Assembly: GCA_951406725.2 (NCBI GenBank)
Contig: OX597815.1
Location: 47,306,001 to 47,370,000, forward strand
Direction: 5' to 3'
Source: Octopus vulgaris
Taxonomy: Eukaryota
Length of the DNA: 64,000 nt
A program made the translations under genes and the position numbers. The notes below the pieces were generated by a model. It made no database searches. It had not been told where the DNA came from and worked only from the letters and a program-made list of their open reading frames with translations. Shown here piece after piece: positions 1 to 11,924 of this stretch (position 1 is the stretch's first letter; each line of letters opens with the position of its first letter).

Positions 1-118
1 TAAGTGCTGGGCTTACAAAGAATAAGTCCCGGGGTCGATTTGCTCGACTAAAGGCGGTGCTCCAGCATGGCCGCAGTCAAATGACTGAAACAAGTAAAAG
101 AGTAAAGAGTAAAGAGTA
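1..118 (+). mobile_element. 3' end of CORE-type octopus SINE
   Basis: GGGGTCGATTTGCTCGACTAAAGGCGGTGCTCCAGCATGGCCGCAGTCAAATGACTGAAACAAGTAAAAGAG plus (TAAAGAG)n tail, matching the full copy at 40412-40865. Confidence 0.9.
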
Positions 119-524
119 ATACTGAATTATTGCTTCAATTATGTTGACTTGTGTGCGGAAAAATAAAAGTTACTATTAAATGTGTGCTTGTTGTTGTTAC
201 TCACTCACACGCAGCCTTACATGCATACCTACTAAGCAACACTTCTTGATCATACGGTTCTGCTTGCTCCCACATGGCGGACAGAAGGAGATCCTGGAAT
301 CCAGGTGGTTAGCTCAGTCAGTACTTTTGCACAAGCAGGGTATCGAAATGTATAGAGAGGAACACTGCTTCAGTAGAATCATGGAATATATTTGATACTA
401 GTACCCCCATTCTTTTGTTTATATATACGTGTGTATGTGTGCGTGAAGTGCATGTGTAGAGATCAACAGATAGGTTGGTACGTGTACAAGTATATAGATT
501 AACAGATAGACTGAAAGACAATTA

Positions 525-698
<174 letters not shown>

Positions 699-1596
699 AA
701 ATAATAAGTAAAAGGACATGAAATTCAAGCATGAAAATCTTTTTTTATTTCGCATCGTCGGTTATATTCATACATTTGACGGAATTAATATACGATGTTA
801 AATTCTTTGATCTAGGGTACAGCAGCCTTTGCTAATTTGTTCTTAATGAATTGAATATAATAAATATTACGCTTTGTAAGCAGTGAATTAACTTCCTCAA
901 ACACAAACCAACTTTATATCGCATATAGCATTCTATAGAAGGTTGTTATTGCTACTGTTGTTGTTATTCCTTAGCACCTCGTCAGCTTCGATTGAGCAAA
1001 GACGTTACTATCGGCAGCATCTTTCATTTTCGACCCTCCCAAGTCACAACGAAATTTATTTCAATACAGGAATTCCCATCAAGGGTCTTGCAAACTAAAC
1101 ACAAAAACAATCTAATTTATTTGGCCATATATGTTTCTAGGACGGTATTTTTTAATTTGTCAGTTTTTTTCCAGACATCACAACATGATTCCAGCGACAT
1201 TTGTTCACTATTTTAAACGGGTCGGGTAACCGTACAAAACTCGCTTGCTGGCTTTTATCACAGCAATATTTGTAATGAACGTTCTTTCGGAAGAATAATG
1301 CTTAGTTTGTTTAATTTTACAAACTGACATATGATATTGGACCTCTCTCCAAGAACACTTCAGAAAAGTGAATCCTACCGTATTCTCGGGTTCATCAACT
1401 AAGGGAGGTGTTTGGTTGCTGTAAATTGCGCAGAAATCCTCCACACCTATCTACTTTTTATCTATTCTCCTCTCTTTCTATATATATACAAACTTACTGT
1501 TAAGAAAAGTCGGGATGCGTGGCGTTCAGCTATTCCATAAATGAAATATACATTAAATTCTACAAAACGTAGACGTAGGACAGACACGATGACCCT

Positions 1597-1663
1597 AATG
1601 CTTCATCAGTTATCGACCAAAAATTCTAATATCCAATTTCATGCCTTTAACGATAAGACTGGG
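1597..1663 (-). ncRNA. Permuted hammerhead-like motif, copy B
   Basis: Minus strand: CCCAG-UC-UUAUCG-uuaaa-GGCAU-GAAA-UUGGA-(16 nt)-CGAUAA-CUGAUGA-A-GCAUU; stems I and III pair, stem II decayed. Confidence 0.45.
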
Positions 1664-2223
1664 AACTTCGTATAGCGGTGGCACCTGCAAGATTTGTGTA
1701 CAATTAGGGCTCAAGCAAATAAAACAATACAGGGTGGCCGTACGAAAGTAAACAAATGTAATTTCAAACGATAGTTGAAGACAATAAATCACGCCTTTCG
1801 GCCAAACATGATTATGATTGGTAACGCCTGGAAGAAAACCTCAAATAGATATAAAATCAAAATTACTAAGAGAAGAGAAAAAGTTCACTAGCACTCTGGG
1901 CATCCGGTGGCGAAAAGCAGAAGATAGAAAATCAGTCAAGGATCACGTCTGGGCAGCAGACATAAAGGAAGGAGGGTGAGAGGAGAGAGAGAGAGAGAAC
2001 AGAAGGAAGGGAGAAAGTCTACAGTTAAGTGCGAAAAGACGAGAGAGAGTGAGAGAGGAAGTGGGAATGCTAGAAAAGGAATATTAGGATGAACGAGAAA
2101 GAGAGAAAGAAAAATAGAGTCGCAAAAAATATATACAAACTTACTGTTAACAAAAGTCGGAATAGTTATTCCATAAATGCAAAATGCTACCAAACGTACA
2201 CGGAGGACAGACACGAGGACCCT

Positions 2224-2290
2224 AATACTTCATCAGTTATCGACCGAAAATACTAATACCCAGTTTCGTGCCTTTAACGATAAGACTGGA
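2224..2290 (-). ncRNA. Permuted hammerhead-like motif, copy A (best)
   Basis: Minus strand: UCCAG-UC-UUAUCG-uuaaa-GGCAC-GAAA-CUGGG-(16 nt)-CGAUAA-CUGAUGA-A-GUAUU; GUC triplet, 6-bp stem I, 6-bp stem III, stem II 4 of 5 pairs. Confidence 0.55.
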
Positions 2291-2751
2291 AACTTCGTAT
2301 ATCGGCGTCACCTGCAAGATTTGTGTAGAATTAAGGCTCGATGTACATTATACATACCGACACCAACATCTATTAATCATTCAAACTGCTTTTTTCTTGT
2401 ATAATGAAAGTAATCATACAATTACAATTCCGAACAGTTTATTCTGTTGTTGCAACATATCTTGCTTCATGGCTGGTCAGACTTAGGCTTAGAAAGAATG
2501 AGGAGTAAAATTACTACATCCTCCCTGCCCTTCAGACCCTGTAGAACATTGAAGACCTGACGGCTGAAGGGACAGAGGGCTGCTCCAGCGTTCGGTTGCT
2601 TCTCATTATCCTTGAGTAGCTAAGAGCAATATGAAATGAAGCACAATATTCATAAACACGACGCACCGCCCGGTTCAGGAGTTGAACACACGATTTTATG
2701 ACAACGAGTCGAACATCATAGCAACTAACCACTACTGAAAAAGTAGATATT

Positions 2752-2825
2752 ATCACCAACAGGGTTCGAACTCAGTGCCTCCCGATTAGCTGACGGCAGT
2801 GATAAACCCTATTCCGAGAAGACAG
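2752..2825 (-). mobile_element. tRNA-derived SINE head (degenerate)
   Basis: Minus strand has a B-box-like GAGTTCGAACC about 45 nt after a weak A-box-like segment; not a functional tRNA. Confidence 0.4.
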
Positions 2826-3130
2826 TGACACATAATCAATACCCGACTATAGCACTAATAACTGAAAAATTCATATTCTACACACCACAGTTGCTACCCA
2901 TTGATACAGCACATGCTTTACTCAATCACTGTCCGACGCTGAACTACATAACATCAATCAGAGAATATTTATGAAATATAATTACCTTTCAACAAGATAA
3001 CACAACACATTAATCCTACACACATATATACTTCAATATAAATGTTTTTTAAATATATTTAATCAAAGAATATTGGTTGAATACAGGATTCAATGCATGT
3101 ATAGAGTCTAGAATTTATTATAATTCTAAT

Positions 3131-3176
3131 GGCAGTTACTTCAAAGTTTCGCCATTGGTGGCTACTTCAAGTTGGA
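3131..3176 (-). ncRNA. Degenerate type I hammerhead remnant
   Basis: Minus strand: UUGAAGU-A-GCCA-ccaa-UGGC-GAAA-CUUUGAAG-UA, followed by an ATAATAAAT tail like the 11.5-kb element; core and stem I mutated. Confidence 0.45.
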
Positions 3177-3345
3177 AGAAAGAAGCCAGTTTCAGTGAAA
3201 AGTCGAACTTGCCGTCAATAGAAGTATCATATTTCTAGGCACAGAGATACTTACATACAAGCACATTCATACATAGGTTTATATGCATATATATACAAAC
3301 ACATATACACACCTAGCTACATATCTATCTATCCCTTCTCTCTTC

Positions 3346-3404
<59 letters not shown>

Positions 3405-3792
3405 GATAGCGGAAGAGACAGACATAGAGAAAAACAGAGAGATATAGATAGACACACACACACAAGAATGTCTAAATGACGGTGTATTTACAGAGTTCGT
3501 TTGTTCAGTGAGCGTATTTATCATGCTCGCTATGTATCATATTTGACTCCTATTAACGCGTCGGTATCTTAGAATATATGTATAGATGATAACTTTATTA
3601 ATAAGTAGCGACAAGTTCAGTTCAATTGGTGTCATATTCTTATCACGCTCTTCGCGAAACTTACAGACTAATCAACAGTGATTTTAATGGGCCATACACT
3701 ACATCTGAACAACTAATTAAACTCTTGACAAACTGTTCAGATTTTACTGCACGGATGCAATCTTAGGAAGAGCTACTGCTGAATAAATTGCT

Positions 3793-3856
3793 ATGAACAC
3801 AGTCACAGCTTGTTTCAGCTGTGATGATGTGCTAATGGTAAATTCTAAATTTCCAC
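3793..3856 (+). CDS. Candidate first coding exon of an unidentified host gene (MNTVTACFSCDDVLMVNSKFP)
   Basis: Non-repetitive sequence, ATG preceded by an in-frame stop, strong donor CAC|GTAAGT at 3857, phase 1. Possible upstream acceptor CTTACAG| at 3667. Confidence 0.35.
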
Positions 3857-4439
3857 GTAAGTAGTTTGGAATTGTTTTACAGACTCAGTAAATTGTGTAA
3901 AAGTTATCTTCACCAATTAGGTTAAGAGAAATAGCTGATAATCAGGGTAACCATTCAGGATAAGTTGTTGCCGTAGATGCTTTTGTTCTTGTTGTAGGCG
4001 CTGTAATTGTTGTAAGTGTACTTATTGTTGCAGGTGTGGTTGTTGTTGTGGGCACTGTTGTTGTTGTAGGAGTGGTTGTTGTTGTGTAGTTGTTTAGACC
4101 CAAGTCAGAGTAGCGGGTAGTTGTTATTTAGCTTCATGTCAATCCTAATCAAAACGTATCTACGACTAAAGACTTTCTACCCATGGCTGTCTCATCTTTT
4201 AAGGCATGTCTGAACCCAGACAAAATTATCCAATTTGTCCTTCTTGAAAATATATCACGCGTGATTTTAGATACATTTGGCTAATGTTTCTTTAAGGGTT
4301 ATTATATATCACATAGAGGTTCATCATAGATCTTCATATCTGTTTGCTGATCTGCGTTCAATTCACAGGTACAGACAGGAACTATAAATAGCTTCTTTCT
4401 AAAACTATCAGTTATTTAAACACTTTGGTAAAATACTAT

Positions 4440-4930
4440 TAGTTTCAAATTTTGGAACGAGGTCCGTAGTTACATTGACACTAGTGCTCAACTGGTACTT
4501 ATTCTATCGGCCTCTAAAGGGTGAAAGGCAAAGCAGACCTCGGCGAAATTTGAACTCAGAACGTGCAGACGGACGAATTGCCGCTAAGCTTTTTGCCCGG
4601 TCTGATGTGCGTAATACTTCAACTTTTAAATAAATTGATATAGCTATATTTAAACACTGTTTCTCTTATATTGTATTTCACGTATTATAGTATGAATACA
4701 CATGAACATATAAAATCTCTTAATGTAATAATAGATATTAAAACTCCATTCTACTATAGACACAGGGCTTGGAATTTGGTGAGAGGGCCAAGACGATTAC
4801 ATTGACCCCAGAGTTCAACTAGCATTTACTTTGCCGTTCTCGAAGTGATGAAAGGCAAAGTCAATCCCTGCGGAATTTGAACTTAGAACGTAAAGAGATA
4901 CGAAATGCCGCTGGGTACGTCCGAATCTGC
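4440..4930 (-). mobile_element. Two Meta/MESC-type SINE copies
   Basis: Reverse complement of GTTCTGAGTTCAAATT...GACTTTGCCTTTCATC at about 4520-4565 and 4845-4890. Confidence 0.75.
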
Positions 4931-5307
4931 CGACACATGAAGAAGAAATATGAAACTCATCGTTTTGAAAATCTGCTGCATACCGCGCATATGAGGAGTC
5001 ATTATAGGATGGCAAATATCAGTACGGATCAACGACAGATCATTAGCTATTCTTAAAGTCAATAGCCCGAGTGCATTTGGCAGATGAGGTACAACATGGT
5101 GAAGCAAGAGTTACCAGAATGGCTAGTGCTAATGAATCAAGTGGGTTATGAACACATTCTCATCGGAAAAAAGAATTCATTTTCCTGTGACGAACACAAA
5201 CAGCGATTAGCGTATTCACGTTCGCATCTGCCGGAAGTATTAACATATTGTATAGAATGTCACTGTTCAATGGTGCTTATGACGATTTATGGTTAACATA
5301 CACACGT

Positions 5308-5520
5308 GTGGCAAGCTGGCAGAATCATTAGCACACCGGACAAAATGCGTTGTGGCATGTCGTCTGTCTTTGCGTCCCGAATTCAAATGCCACCGATGTC
5401 GATTTGCCATTAATCCGTTCGGAATTGATAATATGACTACTATTTAAACGCTGAGGTCAATGTAATCGATTAGCGCCCTCACAAAATTTCAGGCCGTGTG
5501 CCTACAGCGGGAAGGATTAT
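5308..5520 (+). mobile_element. Meta/MESC-type SINE (diverged)
   Basis: GGCAAGCTGGCAGAATCATTAGCAC head; similar to 43935-44160. Confidence 0.7.
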
Positions 5521-5832
5521 TCACTCACGTACACACATGCACACTCATGTGTGTGCGTACGTGCATATACATGTGTGCGTGTGTGCATGTGTGTTTGCTT
5601 GAATACACACACACACAACTTATGTGGTTGTAGGCAAACAAACTTCGAGCTCTTTCTTGATTTCTGATTGCTTTAAATTCCTACTGAATGAAAGCGTGCT
5701 GCGAACTGGTATTCACAGTTCAAACAGGATACTTTTCCTCTCGGTGTCCTAACATTGGTTGGAACATCCTGGAACAGAATTCTCTTCATCTTTTACAGTA
5801 TCCATGTTTCAGGCAGCTGTTCGGAAAAGAAC

Positions 5833-5893
<61 letters not shown>

Positions 5894-7009
5894 TCCATAC
5901 ACACATAACATTCACATACACATACACCAAACACACACACACACACACACACATATGATAACAATAATATATACACATTTGTGTGTGTGTGTATGTGTAT
6001 GCGTGTGCGCATGTGTGTGTGTGTATGTATGTATGTGTGCGTGTGTATGTGAAGTATGAATATGAGTATGTTAGTAATAAAGGTCATATTATTGCTTACC
6101 GCACCTCTGTTTAATGGAAAATTTTGATATTCTCAAAGGCGACAATTTATACCCGCTGCACGCATATACACACGCACGCACACACATATTTGTATGTATG
6201 TACGTATTCAGCCACAAGTACATTGAAACGTTAGCTGAAATATTACATTTAAAATATTAAATAAAACGTTCAATGTCTGAAATAAAATATTCTAGAGCAT
6301 TTCTCATTTTCTCTAGAATCCTGTTTTTGACAGTTATACATAAAATGTCGAAATATCACATATCAGAAACTGAAAGATACGGCTCAATTACAGGTTGGGA
6401 AACATTCACTATAAAACGCTTAAATGTCAACAGTTTATTTTGACTGTTCAGTGGAAATATTCTGGACTCTGTTTAGCTAGAAGTTTAGAATATCAAACTT
6501 TTCTATATCCACTCCTATTTCAGAGTCATAGTTATTTGTCTGAATAGGGTGCTAGTTTACGGGTTAAAGGGCCAATAGATCGAGTACTATTACTTGCATT
6601 GCGATGTATATACGTGGGACCATGCGCATTAATGTTTTTTGTGCTAACAGAGTTCCCATACGAAGAGAAAATCAGCAGTTTTGATTGCTATTCTAACATT
6701 TGCGAATAATTTTGAATAAAGCAACAGGGAATATTGAATACTACTGCAACAAGACAATTAGTCGAGAGGTTATTTTCTTTGTTGTTGTTGCTTTCATTCG
6801 TGCGTTTATTTACGGGAAGGTTGTGCGTATAACATACCCCTTTTATATGTGAACGAGCAAAATGCCCCCCCGTCCAATGGACGGTGCTGAGTTATCAAAC
6901 ATTTAACCAAATTTTCTCGAAACAACTTGTCCGACCGTCCAATAAGCCTCCTCTTTGAGAAACACTGATTTAGCCTAAATTCGAGACACCAGCAAAAGAA
7001 GAAATAAAG

Positions 7010-7236
7010 ATAGACTTTTTTTCTATTCCAAGAAAAACAATTTTACAAATGCACGTTCCCACGGCTTTATCGATCGCATCCTCACCTGGAATCGATTTTT
7101 GCAATTTTTTCAAGACTTATACACGCCCTGATACCGTCGGTATCTACATATCAAATTTGAGCGCAATCGGATGGAGGATGCCCGAGATCCTAGAAGACAC
7201 ACACACACACACACTGAACGGATTTTATATAATAGA
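7010..7236 (-). mobile_element. 5' part of non-autonomous Helitron-like element
   Basis: Minus strand starts A|TCTATTATATAAAA then (TG)n and CCGATTGCGCTCAAATTT, the same 5' architecture as 63229; 3' CTAG end not found. Confidence 0.5.
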
Positions 7237-7734
7237 TATACAAGGGGGAAATTGATCTCAATCTTAACACTGTGCTGTATCCGTTAATAAAATAATTCAC
7301 ATTGATCCAGTCCATTCACTTGAAAATGTGTACCAGCAATAGCTTGTAGTTGACTCAAAGACGAACTGCCGTCTCCTTCTGGGAAACATCTCGTACTTTC
7401 AGTCTCTTACATGTGCAATCCGGGATTAACTGCTTCATGATAATCATGTTGGCTTTAGACTGACAGCTATTTGTACTATACGCTTATATTTTCATATTTT
7501 AATTGGTTTATTGAATTCAGCCATTAGATCTCAGCCATACTGCGGCACTTCCTTTAAACGCTTGAGTCGACAAACAGACACTAGTTCTTGTTACATTACA
7601 GAATGATATCAATTTTATCGGCATCTATCGACGGAACGCTAAGTTACGGGAAATAAAAACGCAATGGTGTTTAAACTGGTGTAAATAGAAATATATGCAC
7701 GTTCACACATTCATATATGCAAGTATGATATACG

Positions 7735-7792
<58 letters not shown>

Positions 7793-7875
7793 GGTCCCGG
7801 GTTGATTCGGGGTTAACCACAGTAAATAAGGTACTCAATACATAGCAGAGTAAAATTAATTTATTATATAGAAGG

Positions 7876-7926
7876 AGCTTCTACAGGACTAGAACTGTTT
7901 CATTCAAGAGAAATCTTCAGGAAGCT
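7876..7926 (-). ncRNA. Type I hammerhead ribozyme (left arm)
   Basis: Exact reverse complement of 11433-11483. Confidence 0.75.
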
Positions 7927-8523
7927 AGTTAACAAGAATTGTATTGGCATTTATACATTTAGGCAGGTTTAAAGGGGTGTTGGTGGGGGACTTTTTGGGG
8001 GTAGGCATAGTGCAAAATATCATACTTGGGGGAGTGGTCAAGGAGTCAGTGTTAAATTAGATAGAAGAATAAATAAAAAATAAAAAAAATAAAAATATAT
8101 ATATATATAAAAAAAGGGGGGAATAGAGTTTTAGGTAAATAAGGAGATTCTCACTTATACCTATGCACATATGTATACATATATACACACGCATACAAAC
8201 ATATATACATATACATACACACATACATACACACACATATATATATACATATATATACACTTACACATACATATACATATCTACACATACACATATATGT
8301 ATACATACACACACTCACATGCATACACGTATACACACATGTATATATACACACACACGACCACACATACATATACACACAGAAAAATATATATACACAT
8401 ACACACACATACTCACATACACGCATACACACACAAATCCACACACACACATGCACACACAGCACACTAGTCCCTATATACACATATATACACATACACA
8501 CATATATACACACACATACATAT

Positions 8524-8589
<66 letters not shown>

Positions 8590-8654
8590 TAAACATATGT
8601 GTACCTATGCATACCTACACATACACACATAAATATATATATACATACACACAT

Positions 8655-8740
<86 letters not shown>

Positions 8741-9009
8741 GTATATATGTATATATATATATACATATATGTATGTGTGTGTGTATATGTGTATTATGTG
8801 TGTATATGTTTATATATATGTATATGTATATGTATATGTATGTGTGTGTGTATATGTATATATGTGTATATATATGAGTGTACGCGAGTATGTCGATGTA
8901 TATGTAGGTATGTAGAGTTATGTGTATGTGCAGGTATGTGAGTGTAGATACAAATTGTAGATGTGTATATATATGTATGTGTATATATGCATGTATATAG
9001 GTATATGTA

Positions 9010-9056
<47 letters not shown>

Positions 9057-9139
9057 CCGAGTATGTAGAGATATAAGTATGTGCATGTGTATATATATGT
9101 GTGTATATATATGTATGGGTATGTGTTTGTGTATGTATG

Positions 9140-9188
<49 letters not shown>

Positions 9189-9593
9189 ATGTATGCATAT
9201 ACGTATGTATGTATGTATGTACATGTGTATGTATATATGTGTGTAAGTGTGTGTATATATGTAAATGTAAGTGTGTGTGCTTGTATGAGAATGTATGTAT
9301 GTTTGCACACATGTATATATGTGTGTGTATGTGTATGTGTATATATATGTATATGTATATATGTATATATGTATATATATATATATGTATATATATATAT
9401 GTATATATATGTGTATGTATATATATGTGTATGTGTGTGTGTGTGTATACATGTGTGTATGTGTATGTATGTATGTATATATATGCGTGTGTATGTGTAT
9501 GTGTATATGTACATATACGCGTACGCTCGTGTGTTTATGTATATGTAGGTACGTAGAGTTATCTATGTGTGTATTTATATGTACATGTGTAAG

Positions 9594-9632
<39 letters not shown>

Positions 9633-10103
9633 ATGTGTGTGTGTGTATATATATATATGTATGTATGTGTGTGTGTGTATATATGTGTGTATATATATAT
9701 ATCTACGTGTGTAAGTTTATATGTATGTATCCGTCTATATAATAGGTAACTGCACGTACATATACTTAATATTTATTATTTATTATTTATTTTGAGTATG
9801 CATGTATGAATAACTGCGCGTATATATATTTTACTATTTACTTATTTTTTGAGTATGCATGTAAGTATGAATATTAGGAGGCGCGTGTGTGTGTGTGTAT
9901 GTGTAAGCATAGATATATGTATACTTTTACGCATGGGTGTACTTATGTGTATATATGGACGCGCGCATGTGTGTGTGTGTGTATGGGTACGCATGTACAT
10001 GTGTATGTGCGTGTATGAGTATATGAGTATGTATGTGTGTGCGTATATTTGTATATGTATGTATGTATATGTATGTGTGTGTATGAATATATATGTATAT
10101 ATG

Positions 10104-10136
<33 letters not shown>

Positions 10137-10387
10137 ATAGATATATATATGCGCGTATATATATGTATGTATGTGGGTGTGTGTATGTGTATAAATGTAT
10201 GTATGTATGGATGTATGGATGTATGTATGTATGTATACGTATGTATGTGTATGTGTGTATATGTATGTATGTGTATGTGTGTATATATGTGTATATGTGT
10301 GTATATGTGTATATGTGTGTATGTATGTATGTGTATGTATATATGTGTATATATATGTGAATATATATATATATATGTATATATATG

Positions 10388-10418
<31 letters not shown>

Positions 10419-10827
10419 ATTTGTATGTAGGTGTACGTGTATGTGTGTGTATTTATATTTATTGGTGTATATGTATAGACTAGCCTTCTAAGAGTGTAGA
10501 CATGAATCTGTAGGTACGCGTACGTATGTGTATATACGTGAATGTATGTAGATGTATGTATGTATGAATATAACGCGTGCGTGCGTGTATGTGTATGAGT
10601 GTACGAATGAGTGAGTGTACGTGCTAAAGAGTGTGCGTGAGTGAATGAGTGCTTGTTTTCCAGTAGACAGATAAATGGACTGGCTGTCATAGCCAAGATG
10701 TTTGTGACCAAGCGGCCAAAGATAACAAAAGTAATAAACGAAGATAATAAAATTAAAATTAGGGGATGGGTCTGTATTTGTATGTGTATATATATATGTG
10801 TGTATGTGTAGGTATGCATAGGTACAC

Positions 10828-10875
<48 letters not shown>

Positions 10876-11432
10876 ATGTATATGTATGTGTGTGTATATA
10901 TGTGTGTATGTGTATATATGTGTATATAGGGACTAGTGTGCTGTGTGTGCATGTGTGTGTGTGGATTTGTGTGTGTATGCGTGTATGTGAGTATGTGTGT
11001 GTATGTGTATATATACATGTGTGTATACGTGTATGCATGTGAGTGTGTGTATGTATACATATATGTGTATGTGTAGATATGTATATGTATGTGTAAGTGT
11101 ATATATATGTATATATATATGTGTGTGTATGTATGTGTGTATGTATATGTATATATGTTTGTATGCGTGTGTATATATGTATACATATGTGCATAGGTAT
11201 AAGTGAGAATCTCCTTATTTACCTAAAACTCTATTCCCCCTTTTTTTATATATATATATATTTTTATTTTTTTTTTTATTTTTTATTTATTCTTCTATCT
11301 AATTTAACACTGACTCCTTGACCACTCCCCCAAGTATGATATTTTGCACTATGCCTACCCCCAAAAAGTCCCCCACCAACACCCCTTTAAACCTGCCTAA
11401 ATGTATAAATGCCAATACAATTCTTGTTAACT

Positions 11433-11483
11433 AGCTTCCTGAAGATTTCTCTTGAATGAAACAGTTCTAGTCCTGTAGAAGCT
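11433..11483 (+). ncRNA. Type I hammerhead ribozyme (right arm)
   Basis: AGCUUC-CUGAAGA-U-UUC-ucuu-GAA-U-GAAA-CAG-uucuaguc-CUG-UA-GAAGCU: 6-bp stem I, intact core, GUA triplet; U.U at 10.1/11.1. Confidence 0.75.
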
Positions 11484-11497
11484 CCTTCTATATAATA

Positions 11498-11534
<37 letters not shown>

Positions 11535-11891
11535 GATTTTATATTCATTATAGATATAAGGGGTTATTTTTCTTCTACTGCAAAAACTCTTTTGGCTACA
11601 ACATGCACTAAAATTTATTCTGTGGACATTTTTAATACGTAATCGTTTTTTTTTCGCTCCAGAGACTTTTCAGTAATATGTGATTTTTGCCTCTTATCTT
11701 ATGTGTAAAACTCACCTAGTGAAGATGTACACTAATTTTTTATCATAAACTTGTTATGTGCATATGTGAAAACATAGTTTTGTGCTTCGTCAAATAATTT
11801 AGTGCGTTTTCTACCCTTTTTACTTATCTTACATACATACACATGCACGCACACCCACACGTACGTACATACACACACATATATATATTTA

Positions 11892-11924
<33 letters not shown>

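Larger units (their letters stand above)
1481..2339 (-). mobile_element. Head-to-tail repeat (period 627 bp, about 1.35 units), Penelope pLTR/retrozyme-like non-autonomous element
   Basis: 1490-1712 recurs at 2138-2339 (TCATCAG at 1603 and 2230). A homologous unit is at 58853-59499. Each unit carries the permuted HHR-like motif. Confidence 0.7.
7859..11500. mobile_element. 3.6-kb fold-back element: inverted arms (about 7859-8650 and 10777-11500) around a cryptic (RY)n mosaic, HHR near each outer end
   Basis: 7859-8350 is a near-perfect reverse complement of 11010-11500; (TA)n tracts flank both sides. Inverted pLTRs are typical of Penelope-like elements. Confidence 0.85.

Noticed and set aside
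9842-11194. 450-aa His/Ile/Tyr/Thr-rich ORF and the many similar [16 protein letters not shown] ORFs
   Set aside because: Translations of (RY)n and (GATA)n microsatellites, which lack stop codons; open in several frames on both strands.
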